Origin: an uncultured virus (IMG/VR IMGVR_UViG_3300009431_000005)
Lineage: Duplodnaviria > Heunggongvirae > Uroviricota > Caudoviricetes
DNA: 64,000 bases
Reading direction: 5' to 3' (one strand)
Virus record (IMG/VR): IMGVR_UViG_3300009431_000005
Shown here: in pieces, positions 16,745 through 26,555 of the stretch
How the letters are laid out: every line of letters starts with the position of its first letter
Position numbering within the stretch: the first letter of the stretch is position 1
Made by a program: the position numbers and the translations under genes
The notes under the pieces: model-generated
Seen by the model: only the letters and a program-made list of their open reading frames with translations
The model's database searches: none
Told to the model about the DNA's origin: nothing

Positions 16745-17389
16745 TCAACTCGTCAATTTCCGGGCCAACCCACACAGGGGTGCATAGGAAGCCAATTGCA
16801 GGAAGTGCGCCAGGATGCACGGTGCATCGTACAGCTCCTGACTGAAGGCCATCACGAAGGACGAGGCGGCCATCAAAAGCAACGTGGGGATGAGGAACAC
16901 GCTGCTCGCGTCGTTCTCCTGCAGGCCGTACCGACGGCGCAGCAAGCGCCACATCGTGAACAGGGCTCCCACCACCACGAGGAACTCCTCCGGTCGGCCA
17001 ACCGGCAGCGTCACCTCGTAGTAGCTTGAGTGAGACGACAGCCATCCGAATGCGACCGCGACGCCCCCGAGCAGAGCGAGCGACCCGACCGCCGCGTTGT
17101 TGAGCCTCTTCGCGGCAAACAAAAACAAGATCGGCAGGGCGATCAGCTTCTCGGTCAGCCACGAGATAGGGACGAAGAGGTCGCCCTGCCCGTTCGTCAC
17201 GGTCGGCAGTAGCAGATGCACCGTTTTGACGATGCTGACCACCAAGCCGAATCCGAACAGAGCCCGACATTCAATCCGCCCTCGCTGGTGCTTCATGAGC
17301 CCGAAGCCCAGGCCCCCGAGGTACATGACTACCCCGAGGGCCACAGCTTCGAGGACGAAGTGGGCCTCGAAAGAAAAGAGCCAGCTCAC
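16745..17389 (-). CDS. multi-pass membrane protein, MASE3-like
   Basis: 6-7 hydrophobic segments; HFVLE, GRPEEF, FSQELYD...AHFLQLASY resemble the MASE3 pattern as I recall it. Confidence 0.55.
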   Translation of the reverse strand: MSWLFSFEAHFVLEAVALGVVMYLGGLGFGLMKHQRGRIECRALFGFGLVVSIVKTVHLLLPTVTNGQGDLFVPISWLTEKLIALPILFLFAAKRLNNAAVGSLALLGGVAVAFGWLSSHSSYYEVTLPVGRPEEFLVVVGALFTMWRLLRRRYGLQENDASSVFLIPTLLLMAASSFVMAFSQELYDAPCILAHFLQLASYAPLCGLARKLTS

Positions 17390-17406
17390 AGTGACGCTGC
17401 CTCCCT

Positions 17407-17646
17407 CTATCCGCCCGCTCCGGGGGTGCCGTCCTGACCGCGCGTCTCATTCTTGGCGAGTCCGCGAGAGATCACGAACGCGCAGATGACTGCGGTAGCA
17501 CAGATGACCAGTGTCATCTGAAGTTGCGGGGACAGACCGGCCTCCTCGCCGCCCCGAATCGTGTCGAGGAGAACAGGCAGGATGGCGACGAGGGAGAATC
17601 CCCCCGCCGCCTTTGCCTCGATGGTTTTCAGACCCGTGGACTTCAT
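17407..17646 (-). CDS. holin-like protein
   Basis: 79 aa, two hydrophobic segments, charged C-terminus (ISRGLAK); AAGGA SD. Confidence 0.5.
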   Translation of the reverse strand: MKSTGLKTIEAKAAGGFSLVAILPVLLDTIRGGEEAGLSPQLQMTLVICATAVICAFVISRGLAKNETRGQDGTPGAGG

Positions 17647-17725
17647 TCCTTCGTCTCCGTGTCCAGAGATCCTCGGGGCCTCCGACGGTCGACGGAGGAG
17701 AAGCCCGAACGGTAGTGGGTGAGGT

Positions 17726-18220
17726 TCAGACGACTCCCAGGACCTTCGACAGACCCTGGAAGATGATGGAGGACATGCTCAGCGTCAGGCGATCCTTCGC
17801 CATCCGCATGAGCCCGGCCTCCCGCGCACGTCCCTCGGCCAGCTCTTCGATGTCGGCGGCGTTCGCCTCCACCACGGCCAACAGCTCGTCCGGTTCCATC
17901 TCGGCGTAGAGCGCCTGCAGGTACTCGTCCGAGCGGCGTTCGGTGTGCGCGCGGATCAGGTCGACGAAGACGTGCGTGCCCAGGGACGCGATCGGGGCGC
18001 GGAACTCATTGAGCCACGTCTTCGCCTTCTCCCGGTCGAGGTCGATGATCGGGGCACCCATGATCTGGCCTTCCAGATCGTCGAGGACCTCCTCCATCGT
18101 CTCCGGCTGCGGCGGGGGCTCGGGAGTCGCTTCGGTAGCGCCCGCCTCGTCTCCTTCGAGCGGGGTGTTCGGGCTGACGCCCTCGTGCTCTTCGCCAGGG
18201 TTGGTGGTTTCGTCGGGCAC
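17726..18220 (-). CDS. acidic hypothetical protein
   Basis: GGAGGAG SD before GTG at 18220. Confidence 0.6.
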   Translation of the reverse strand: MPDETTNPGEEHEGVSPNTPLEGDEAGATEATPEPPPQPETMEEVLDDLEGQIMGAPIIDLDREKAKTWLNEFRAPIASLGTHVFVDLIRAHTERRSDEYLQALYAEMEPDELLAVVEANAADIEELAEGRAREAGLMRMAKDRLTLSMSSIIFQGLSKVLGVV

Positions 18221-18221
18221 G

Positions 18222-18638
18222 TCACTCCTCCGTCGGGTTGTAGTATTTCGAGAGGGAATCCCAAGCCTTGCGCAGAGCCTGGACCAGAGAGAGCTTTTGC
18301 TCATTGGTGAACTCGCCGCGCCGGACCTTCTCTGCGGCGACCTTGACGGCGATCTTCTGTGATTGAACGACCGCCTTCAAGTCCGCAGGCGTGGTGAAGC
18401 CAGTGGCTTCCTCCAGGTATGCCCACGCGGCAGCGTCCTCCATGAGAGCGTTCGCAAGCTGCTCGTCGTCGTACGACGGTAGCTGCAGTTCCAGTTGCGC
18501 GAGCGCGGCTCCGCGCGTCGCAGTCGTCTGCACGACCTCGGGCGGTGTGGTCACCGCGTCGAGTGTCCTACAGGCAGGCGCGCTGAATGCGACCACGCAG
18601 GCCAGGATCAGCGCGAGCAGGATCGGGGTTCGCTTCAT
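18222..18638 (-). CDS. putative lipoprotein
   Basis: MKRTPILLALILACVVAFSAPA-C lipoprotein-like signal; AAGGA SD. Confidence 0.65.
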   Translation of the reverse strand: MKRTPILLALILACVVAFSAPACRTLDAVTTPPEVVQTTATRGAALAQLELQLPSYDDEQLANALMEDAAAWAYLEEATGFTTPADLKAVVQSQKIAVKVAAEKVRRGEFTNEQKLSLVQALRKAWDSLSKYYNPTEE

Positions 18639-18652
18639 CGGTTCCTTGAGGG

Positions 18653-21574
18653 TTACGCGGTCGACTTGATGAAATCGTGGTAGCGCCCGATCGCGCCCTT
18701 GCACGACGGACAGACGTTATACGCACGGTGCGTGTTCGTCACGTACCACGGCTTCCCACCGACGACGGCCTTCCAGACGGCGGGAGTTTCCGCGCCGTTC
18801 GGACCGTGATGCCAGACCGCTTTCCTGCGCATCACCTCATCCCGTTCTCCGTCGGTGAGCTTGACCTGATTCTTCTTGAGGACCTTCCAGCGCGGACCCT
18901 TCCTCCCGTCGTACTCCTCGACCGAACCGATGTAGTGCGGGGCTGCGCCAGGAAGGGAGTCGATCACGCGGTGCGCGCGTGCGGGGTCCGTCTGCAAGAG
19001 GCCGACGATCTCCTCCTCGGAGAGCCGCCCCTCTGCACCTGCGTCGTGACCCCACGCCTTCAGCACGAGGTACTTCCGCGTCAGCTTGCCGTCCTCCACG
19101 AGCGGCGTGCCGGTGTGCCGCAGGCGTTCGATGAGCTTCACCTGACGGCCGCACCAATTCCACTCCGTCCCCGTCCACCGCTCCGGCGGAGTCGCGCGCA
19201 TGCGGAAGAGGTGCCGGGCCGACTCCACCGCGAGGTCGAAGTCCGAACGCTTCGCTCGCGGCGCGCTCTCCTGTGCCTCACGGAAGACGTCGGAGCGGAG
19301 GAAGGTCAGTAGCGCAGACGAGCGGACGTTCGTCAGCCTGCGCCACTTGTCGTACAGCGCCTGCTTCTCCTCGGACATCGTCCGCGAGCAGCGGCGGTCG
19401 TGCTTCTTCGGCGCACCCTTCCGTCGCTTGGCCGTTCGCTGACCCGTGCCCTTCCCGCCCGCGATGAGCGCGCGGTACATCTCCCGGTCATCCAACCGCG
19501 ACTCGTGCAGCGGTTCGTCGACCGGACTCCACGCCTCCAGCGTGTCGGCGAGGTGCGGGCAGCGCGAGGCGACCCACTCGGGGAACTCGTCGGCGGACGC
19601 CTCGTCCTCATAGGTCAGGAACCAGAGGAAGGCGTCGTCCAGACTCGGGAAGGGGAGCTGGGTGCCCCGGGCCGGTTCGGACTCGCGCAGGGGGAGGGTA
19701 GCGCCCTTCACCTGAGCGGCGGCCCCCAGATAGGGCTCCAGACCCCCGGCCGCCGTGAGGCCCTGTGTGGCCGTCTCCCAGCTCCTCCGGACCTCAGCCT
19801 CCGGGACGCCGGACAGGCGGCTCCAGGAGCGCAGGAGGCGCGGAGGGCCGCCCGTGGGGCCTCCGGAGCGCATCCACGCCCCCAGGCAGGCGGCCTCCAG
19901 CCCGGACAGGGGCGCGGCGGCCTCCTGGGCGGCCTGTCCGCCCCCCTCAGCGCCTTTCTCCCCAGGGGCCGCCCCAGCGGGCGGGGGCTCCTCCTCGGGC
20001 GGAAGAGGGGCCTCGGAGCCCGCAGGAGCGGCGGGCATCGGCGGCGGGGGGTTGGGGCGATCCACGACCCCGGGTGCGCGGACCTCCCCGGCGGGGGTGA
20101 TCACGATGCCCTTGACCTTGAACTTCTGGCGGAGCTTGGCCTTCGCCTCCGCCTCCGTCGCGCCCGTCGTCACGAGGAGGTCGTAGTACGCCTGCAGGTC
20201 GTCCCGATAGAACTCGGGCTCGTCCATGCGGTCGGTCGTCTCCGGCTCCTCTTCCTCCTCGCCGTTCGTCGGCGGGGCCTCCTCGACGAAGCCGTACTCG
20301 GACGCGAGGTATGCGTTCCGCTCGACCGCCTCCGCAGCGCGGCTCTCCAGGAGCAAGGCCACGGACTCGGGATTGCGGACCGGCCAGCCTTCGCCCTGTG
20401 CGTACTCGCGCAACGCCGTCTCGACGAGCAGGTCGCCTTCGCGCGGGTGCCCTTCGTACAACGCGAGGAGAGTGTGCGCAGCTTCGACGACCTCAGCCTC
20501 CTCACCGGGGACGACGAATGCGCCCTCCGACAGACCGATCACCGTTCCCGGGTGCGCACCCTCGATCGGTGCGGTCAGCACGACCCATGTCCCGAAGAGA
20601 GAGCGCACCGCGCCGGAGTCCGACACCTCGTACAGCGGCTCAGCCGCCGTAGCGGGTCCAGGATCGGGTTCACTGACGGAGGGTTGAGGATCGGGTTCGT
20701 CCGACTCCAGCGCGGGCGCTTCTTCTCGCAGGTTCTCGTCGACGGACTGCAGGGACGGTCGCCAGTGCCGTGCGCCGTCGTCGGTGATCCAATGGACGCC
20801 GTTCGGGTCGACGATCGAGAGACGACTCTCACGCACGGTCGTCTCGTTGAACGGGCTCTCGCCGAAGACCACCACGATCGCTTCGGACGTGAGCCCACGT
20901 CCGCTCGCCACCGCCGCGTACGCTGCGCGCGTGCTCGGGAGCAGCGACTCGCCAAACGTCGGCGCGTCCCGTTGGAGGCCGACGGTACTCGGACCGCGAC
21001 GCTTGCCCTTCTTCGGATCGAGCAGCTCGGCCGCCTGCTTGGCCGCACCGCCCGTAGCGTTGCAGCGCAGGATCGTCACGTCGGAGATGATGCCGCGTGC
21101 GTGGTCCTTGTCGCCCGCCCGCACCTCGACCTGGAACCTGACAAACGCCGTCGTCCGCTGCTCCAGAGTCTCCAGCTCACGATCGGTCAGCTTGCCGGTG
21201 AAGACCGCTCGGTACTGCGTCGGGCTCTCCAGCACCGTCTCGACGAATCGCTCGAACAGTCCCCCACCCTTCTCGACGAGCCACGTCTCGAACAGGAGAG
21301 CCGACTTCCCTGCGAGCGTGCGCGAGTAGGCGGGCGGCTTGCCGATGAAGTACGAGGCGAACGTCTTGACGTCGACACTCGTCTCGTTGCCCTCGGTGCT
21401 CCGCGCCGCCGTCTCCAGCACGAGCTGCGTGAACCCCGAAGTGTGACGCGAGACCTTGACCTCCGCCTCGTCCACCGAGAGCAGCTCGAACAAGCCCTCC
21501 CGGAAGAACGCGAAGTCAACGGCCTCGCGGTTCAAAAGCGCCAACGCGCCCGAAGCTGTAGTGGTGTGCGCCAT
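18653..21574 (-). CDS. 973 aa mosaic protein with DUF3140-like domain, putative virion-associated
   Basis: Long ORF; LYDKWRRLTNV...WCGRQVKLIERL...LVLKAWGHD resembles DUF3140; multiple LxE-S/A motifs. Confidence 0.7.
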   Translation of the reverse strand: MAHTTTASGALALLNREAVDFAFFREGLFELLSVDEAEVKVSRHTSGFTQLVLETAARSTEGNETSVDVKTFASYFIGKPPAYSRTLAGKSALLFETWLVEKGGGLFERFVETVLESPTQYRAVFTGKLTDRELETLEQRTTAFVRFQVEVRAGDKDHARGIISDVTILRCNATGGAAKQAAELLDPKKGKRRGPSTVGLQRDAPTFGESLLPSTRAAYAAVASGRGLTSEAIVVVFGESPFNETTVRESRLSIVDPNGVHWITDDGARHWRPSLQSVDENLREEAPALESDEPDPQPSVSEPDPGPATAAEPLYEVSDSGAVRSLFGTWVVLTAPIEGAHPGTVIGLSEGAFVVPGEEAEVVEAAHTLLALYEGHPREGDLLVETALREYAQGEGWPVRNPESVALLLESRAAEAVERNAYLASEYGFVEEAPPTNGEEEEEPETTDRMDEPEFYRDDLQAYYDLLVTTGATEAEAKAKLRQKFKVKGIVITPAGEVRAPGVVDRPNPPPPMPAAPAGSEAPLPPEEEPPPAGAAPGEKGAEGGGQAAQEAAAPLSGLEAACLGAWMRSGGPTGGPPRLLRSWSRLSGVPEAEVRRSWETATQGLTAAGGLEPYLGAAAQVKGATLPLRESEPARGTQLPFPSLDDAFLWFLTYEDEASADEFPEWVASRCPHLADTLEAWSPVDEPLHESRLDDREMYRALIAGGKGTGQRTAKRRKGAPKKHDRRCSRTMSEEKQALYDKWRRLTNVRSSALLTFLRSDVFREAQESAPRAKRSDFDLAVESARHLFRMRATPPERWTGTEWNWCGRQVKLIERLRHTGTPLVEDGKLTRKYLVLKAWGHDAGAEGRLSEEEIVGLLQTDPARAHRVIDSLPGAAPHYIGSVEEYDGRKGPRWKVLKKNQVKLTDGERDEVMRRKAVWHHGPNGAETPAVWKAVVGGKPWYVTNTHRAYNVCPSCKGAIGRYHDFIKSTA

Positions 21575-21633
21575 GATCGACCCCGTATGGAGCCTCGATC
21601 ATAGCCAGCCCCGAGCGTCGAGGCTAGAGCGAG

Positions 21634-22233
21634 TCAAGGCAGCTCGATCCGCGACTGTCCAGGCGGGGGGTCGGGGAGCTTCGCACCGGGCGGCGGCACG
21701 ACGATGCCGGGCTCCTGCGCTTGCCGCACCTGATCCTCCAGTTGCCGCGCGTGGATCTCGCCGTACTTCCGCGCGCACTCCTCCCACTTCTCGAACGCCT
21801 CGTCCAGCGTCGTCGCACCCTCGATCGGGAAGCGGTACGGAGCCTTCGCCGCGCCCTGGAAGAAAGCCGCGAGGTGCGGCGGGATGTTGACGGTGTGACG
21901 GCTCACGTAGCGGGAGAAGTTCCCAGGAGCCTCGCCCTTCACGACCTCACGCTCGGCGACCAGTCGGCCGAAGTTGTCCGCGTACTCGGTCGTCGTGAAG
22001 ATGAACTCCGACGGGGGAACAGGGCCGCCCGGTCCGGGCGGCGGTGTCGCCCCGGACGCGCGGGCAGCGACAGCCGCCTCTTGACGTCGGATCTGCGCCT
22101 GGATCTCCGGCGGGTGCTCCGCCATCGCGGGGATCGGGGGACCATCACGTCCGTCGCTCAGGCGGAAGTCGCGCCCGCCCTCTTCGTTCTCCACACCCTC
22201 GATCGGGTTGGTCTCACCGTTCTCATTCACCAT
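21634..22233 (-). CDS. hypothetical protein
   Basis: 199 aa ORF with AGGAGG SD. Confidence 0.65.
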   Translation of the reverse strand: MVNENGETNPIEGVENEEGGRDFRLSDGRDGPPIPAMAEHPPEIQAQIRRQEAAVAARASGATPPPGPGGPVPPSEFIFTTTEYADNFGRLVAEREVVKGEAPGNFSRYVSRHTVNIPPHLAAFFQGAAKAPYRFPIEGATTLDEAFEKWEECARKYGEIHARQLEDQVRQAQEPGIVVPPPGAKLPDPPPGQSRIELP

Positions 22234-23407
22234 CGCTGGCCTCCTGGGGTGATCGTTCGATCTTCTCTTGTCCCGGTTCGAGCGCGCGTCGCTCGACCAT
22301 GATCTGTCCGATGCCGTCCGGCGACTCGACGAGTACGAAGTCGTCGAACCGCTCTCCGTAGCGCGAGCCCCACAGTGCGGGGAGGACTTGCGCGTACAGC
22401 GCGCGGATCTCCGCGTCCGCCGCTTCCGAGCAACGCTGCCTGAGCATGTTCCGCCACTGGCGCACGTTCGCCGAGAAGATCATCTCGGTGTACAGCGCGT
22501 TCCCGAGGAAGCCGCGTGCAGCGCCGCGTGCTTGCTTTCGTGCGGTGAGTCGATCAACGCCCCGCTCTTCGAGCCACGGGTGCAGAAGATCGACAGCGCG
22601 CAGATACGCGCCCTGCCCACACTCCTCAACCGGGACGCTGCGATCGTCGTCCGGGTGCGGCCAGCACTCGCGGAGGTCCGTGCCCGTCTCCTCGCGGTAC
22701 AGGGTGAGCAGAGGGTGCTCGACCCACGGCGACGCCGACTCGTCCACGTAGCGAGTGCTGCGCTGCGAGATCGCGGTGAAGTCTCCATGCCGCACCTGCT
22801 CGTGCGAGAAGCCGCGCGAGCCGGAGACGAAGAGGGAGACCCACTGCTCGTCCGGCGTCCCGGGGTCGATGATCGAGGCCGACAGAGGGATCCGTCCGGG
22901 CGGTTCGCTGAAGTCCTCCAGGCGCACCCTCGGCATCAGCATCTGCAAGAGGCCCCGCAGCGTGTTCCGGAAGTACAGGTTGAGCGGGTCCTCACCCCAA
23001 CCTCGCTCCGTCCACTCGTCCCACTCGATCACGGCGCGCGGGTTGAGTGTCACCCGTAGCGCACCGGCTCCGTCGACACGAATCCACACGCCGGGGCGGT
23101 TGGCAAACGAGCGAAAGAGCATGTCGACCGGCCAGTCCGCTCGCCCATCCGGCACGGTGGCGAAGCACACGGTGAAGGGACAGTGCTCGTACACCGACAG
23201 GTGTCGCACAGACTGGATGTGCGCGTGGAAGCCGTCCGAGGAACGGCCCTGACCGAGCGAGTCGTAACAGATCCGCCCGGCCAGCTCCGACAGCCGCTCC
23301 AACGCCTCGCCTTGAAGCTGGTCGTCTCGCGGCGTCCCCATCTGCGCGGGGATCAGGAAGGTAGCGCCGTCGTACACGAGAGCGGCGCAGATGTTGGGGT
23401 CAGACAC
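22223..23407 (-). CDS. thyX: FAD-dependent thymidylate synthase
   Basis: ELAGRICYDS, HLSVYEH, SRGFSHEQVRH...SQRSTRYV, ARGAARGFL, NVRQWRNML..R...ADAEIR. Confidence 0.9.
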   Translation of the reverse strand: MSDPNICAALVYDGATFLIPAQMGTPRDDQLQGEALERLSELAGRICYDSLGQGRSSDGFHAHIQSVRHLSVYEHCPFTVCFATVPDGRADWPVDMLFRSFANRPGVWIRVDGAGALRVTLNPRAVIEWDEWTERGWGEDPLNLYFRNTLRGLLQMLMPRVRLEDFSEPPGRIPLSASIIDPGTPDEQWVSLFVSGSRGFSHEQVRHGDFTAISQRSTRYVDESASPWVEHPLLTLYREETGTDLRECWPHPDDDRSVPVEECGQGAYLRAVDLLHPWLEERGVDRLTARKQARGAARGFLGNALYTEMIFSANVRQWRNMLRQRCSEAADAEIRALYAQVLPALWGSRYGERFDDFVLVESPDGIGQIMVERRALEPGQEKIERSPQEASDGE

Positions 23408-23465
23408 GGCGTGCCTCCTTCTTGCTCAGGGATAACCCGTCGGTCGACGGGAGTGGGGACGCGGC

Positions 23466-23639
23466 TCAGCCGCGCGAGAGGTAGAAGGTGTAGTCGTCGA
23501 CCTGCTCCACCTTCGGGGCTTCCAGGACCGCCGCAATCTTCTGCGTCATGTCCGGCAGCGCCTCCTGCGGATACGGGACATCTTCGTCCCACACGAGGGT
23601 CAGGTGATCTCCATCCTTCGTCACGGTCAGGAAGTCCAT
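23466..23639 (-). CDS. hypothetical protein
   Basis: Short ORF MDFLTVTKDG with SD-like sequence. Confidence 0.45.
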   Translation of the reverse strand: MDFLTVTKDGDHLTLVWDEDVPYPQEALPDMTQKIAAVLEAPKVEQVDDYTFYLSRG

Positions 23640-24067
23640 CCGGGCTCTTCTCCTTCTTCTTCGTACTCCTCCTCGACCTCCTCCTCTTCCTCGTCCGGCG
23701 CGAGACCAAGCCACGACACCACGTCGATCACCACGTCGAGCGGCCGAAACCGAACCGCCTGCGGATGGGCGCTGACAGCACCCGGGGGCAGCGGCGTGTT
23801 CGATTGGCACGGCTGCGAGATGAGGTAGCCGTTGGTGATCTTGCTGACGATGATGCTCGCGCCCGTCGGACAGTCCCGTCTGCGCCCGAAGCGCATGGTC
23901 GGAGAGTCCTCGGACACTCCCAGGAAGGTCCCGACGTGCTGCAGGACGTGCGAAGCCGTCTCACACGCGATCGGGACCTCCCCGGACGGCAAGAGGATGA
24001 GCCACCCACCCTCGACCCGGTGGATGTTGAGGCTCGGGGATTCGGCGAGTAGTTCGACTGAGGACAT
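23627..24067 (-). CDS. hypothetical protein with acidic tail
   Basis: ORF with two similar internal units (IHRVEGGWLI / VSKITNGYLI). Confidence 0.55.
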   Translation of the reverse strand: MSSVELLAESPSLNIHRVEGGWLILLPSGEVPIACETASHVLQHVGTFLGVSEDSPTMRFGRRRDCPTGASIIVSKITNGYLISQPCQSNTPLPPGAVSAHPQAVRFRPLDVVIDVVSWLGLAPDEEEEEVEEEYEEEGEEPGWTS

Positions 24068-24127
24068 CGTGGGTGAAAGTGTGGGGCGGCCGAGGCGCGG
24101 CATACTACCACGCCCCTTCCCCATCCC

Positions 24128-24472
24128 CTAAGAATCGTGGGAGCCGCCCCGTTCTGGTGCCAGTGGCAGGCTGCCACTGGCGATCTCGTCTGCGGCCTGC
24201 GCCTTGATCTGCCCGTCGAGGTCCTCCTCTCCCTCGGCGTCCGTCGGGGGCCGGATCGTAGCGCGGATCGCATTGTACGGATTCACGAAGCGGCGGCCCA
24301 GTCGTCGACGGATGGGACCCGGCCGCCACACGAGGAAGGCAAGGGTGCGCTTCCACCACGGGAAGGTCCGAACCAGGACCTCCGCGTACTCGATCACGTA
24401 CCCCCGCTCCTCCAGAGCTTGCAGCTCTCGGGCGAAGGCGACCACCGAACGTCGTCCCAGCTCGGCAGGCAT
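24128..24472 (-). CDS. hypothetical protein
   Basis: TGATG-coupled ORF. Confidence 0.55.
   Translation of the reverse strand: MPAELGRRSVVAFARELQALEERGYVIEYAEVLVRTFPWWKRTLAFLVWRPGPIRRRLGRRFVNPYNAIRATIRPPTDAEGEEDLDGQIKAQAADEIASGSLPLAPERGGSHDS
24159..24181. repeat. dispersed palindrome, copy 3 of 5 (perfect 11+1+11)
   Basis: GCCAGTGGCAG-G-CTGCCACTGGC. Confidence 0.85.
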
Positions 24473-24894
24473 CAGCCCAGGTGAATCCGAACCGTGGACG
24501 GGAGGCGGATGTGGTTCGCTTCCAGGTCCGCCGCGTTCTCGATCCCCGAGACGCGCGCAAGCGTGTCAGAGACCTCGCCGTGGCAGAGGAAGCCCTCGGC
24601 GCGCTCGAACTCCATCGCGCGCATACGCAGCCAGAGGCGGCCACACTTGATGCAGTAGGCGTGCGTCTTCGCGGTGCGCCCGCTGCCCTTCTTCACCGCG
24701 AGACGCCGACCGACCGGCACGTCGCCGCACTCCCGACACGGGAGCTTCATCCGGCCGGAGACGGTCTGCACCTCGACGGCCTGCAGGCTGTGCAAGAGGC
24801 CCGGCTTCAGGACGCGCTTCGGACGCTCGCGTTCCTCGGGCTCGCCGCCCTTCGCCTTCAGCCGCTTCTTGATCCTACCGCTTGCTCGCGTCAT
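24472..24894 (-). CDS. zinc-ribbon hypothetical protein
   Basis: CREC...CIKC; GGAGG SD. Confidence 0.55.
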   Translation of the reverse strand: MTRASGRIKKRLKAKGGEPEERERPKRVLKPGLLHSLQAVEVQTVSGRMKLPCRECGDVPVGRRLAVKKGSGRTAKTHAYCIKCGRLWLRMRAMEFERAEGFLCHGEVSDTLARVSGIENAADLEANHIRLPSTVRIHLG

Positions 24895-25165
24895 GCCGCT
24901 CCGCCTCCGCCCGCTCGATGTTCTTCGTGTAGACGAGATAGACCCCGCGCCCCAGCGTGACGCAGAAGCTCTCGTCGCGCGGGTACTGGTACCCGCCGTC
25001 CCCGGGGAACGCCGGGGCGTAGTTCGCGTGCGTGACCGGGCGATCGTCGCCCTGCGCTCGGAGCTGCTCGATGAGCTTGTGGTACAGCCTGCGAACACGC
25101 GGGCTCCAGTCCGTCTCCTCGATGGACGCCACCTCGCCCTTCGCCTTCGTGGTGAAGCGCGTCAC
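24875..25165 (-). CDS. hypothetical protein
   Basis: GTGA-coupled ORF. Confidence 0.5.
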   Translation of the reverse strand: MTRFTTKAKGEVASIEETDWSPRVRRLYHKLIEQLRAQGDDRPVTHANYAPAFPGDGGYQYPRDESFCVTLGRGVYLVYTKNIERAEAERHDASKR

Positions 25166-25971
25166 GAGAGCTTCGGCACCGTCACGATGACGGTCTCCAC
25201 GTCGGTACCCGAGGAGCGAAACGCCCTCGGCGGGATCGGGGAGATGCTCGCGCACCGCTCCGCAAGCCACTCCTCGCGGAAGGTCTTGTACGGGTCCGTC
25301 TCGCGGAACTCGACCGCCTTCGACATCACCGCCACGAGACGACCGCCTTCGCGCAGGAGCTTGAACGCAGCGCGAACGTGCGCAATCTCCTGGGCCTCCG
25401 CAAAGGGCGGGTTCATGACCACCGCGTCGAACTTCCCGAGTCCCGCACCGCGCGCCGTAGCGAGCTTGAGGAAGTCGCCCTCGACCACGCGCACGCGGCT
25501 CTGGAAGTCCTCCTCGATCCCGCGCAGGTCCTTGATCCCCTCGGGGTCGTTCTCGACGGCCACGACCTCGATCACCCCCCGGTTGATCGCAGCGACGACG
25601 AGCGCACCGCGTCCGGCCGAGGGCTCCAGGACGCGCAGCGTGCTCTCGTTGATCTTGCCTGCGTCCATCACCATCGCGGCGACCTCGGGCGGCGTGTAGA
25701 ACGTCTGCCGAACCTGCTGCTCGTTCTCGATCGCCCCCGTCTCGACGGCCATGCCGAGGACCTCACGCGGATCGCGCTCGAACAGGTGCAGACCCTGGCC
25801 CCGGTTCCACTTCCCCCCGGCAGCCTTGAGCACCTTGTCCACCTTCAGATAGAGCACCCGTTCGAGCTGCTGCGGTAGCTGAAGCGTGAACGTGCCGCGC
25901 GCCCCCGCCGTGATCTCCGAGCGTTGCAGGACAGCCCGAACCTCCGTGTCCAGTTTGATCGTCTTCGCCAT
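25162..25971 (-). CDS. SAM-dependent methyltransferase, probably N6-adenine DNA MTase
   Basis: FYTPPEVA, VLEPSAGRGAL (motif I), GDFL, VVMNPPF (motif IV), LREGGRLVAVM. Confidence 0.85.
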   Translation of the reverse strand: MAKTIKLDTEVRAVLQRSEITAGARGTFTLQLPQQLERVLYLKVDKVLKAAGGKWNRGQGLHLFERDPREVLGMAVETGAIENEQQVRQTFYTPPEVAAMVMDAGKINESTLRVLEPSAGRGALVVAAINRGVIEVVAVENDPEGIKDLRGIEEDFQSRVRVVEGDFLKLATARGAGLGKFDAVVMNPPFAEAQEIAHVRAAFKLLREGGRLVAVMSKAVEFRETDPYKTFREEWLAERCASISPIPPRAFRSSGTDVETVIVTVPKLS

Positions 25972-26276
25972 CAGATGTCGCCCTCGTTATACCAGCCTTT
26001 GATTTCGCGCACGCACCGAGTGCAGTGCGTGTCGTAGAAGTGGTTGCGGTGCTCGTGCTCGACCCACCCCAAGGGCGTGCCGCACTCGCCGCAGTTCACG
26101 TCGACGCGCCACGCGCCGTCGATCTTCCTCACCGGGCGGCCGTGCTCGTCGCGCCGAAGCGTTCGGTGAATGAATGCGCGCACCGGACGCCGAATCCTCC
26201 AGGTCCAGATGAACTCCAGCTTCCGCTTGATGCGCCACCCCAGCGGCGCGACGTACACGTCTTCTCGCTGACCCAT
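25971..26276 (-). CDS. zinc-finger hypothetical protein
   Basis: CGEC...CTRC. Confidence 0.5.
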   Translation of the reverse strand: MGQREDVYVAPLGWRIKRKLEFIWTWRIRRPVRAFIHRTLRRDEHGRPVRKIDGAWRVDVNCGECGTPLGWVEHEHRNHFYDTHCTRCVREIKGWYNEGDI

Positions 26277-26555
26277 TCAGACCTCCCCGGTCGTAGCCGG
26301 ACCGCTCTCCTCCCAGCCTCGGCGTTCCATCTCCAGGCCGTCACAGCGCCCACAGCGCATCTCAGTGCGCGGGCGCATGATCGCCTGACCGTTCGTGCGG
26401 TCGATCTCGTGGAGCCCGCACAGGCTCTGCCAGAGCGGCTGTCCGGGACCCTCCAGCTTCTTGAAGCAATGCCAGACGTGGAAGCCGCCGCCAGCGATGA
26501 ACCGCCAGTACAGCTTGTCGCTGAACCCGCAGCCTTGCCCGGCGGTCTTCCGCAT
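26277..26555 (-). CDS. Cys/His-rich hypothetical protein
   Basis: WHCF...SLCG...CGRC; TGATG coupling. Confidence 0.5.
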   Translation of the reverse strand: MRKTAGQGCGFSDKLYWRFIAGGGFHVWHCFKKLEGPGQPLWQSLCGLHEIDRTNGQAIMRPRTEMRCGRCDGLEMERRGWEESGPATTGEV

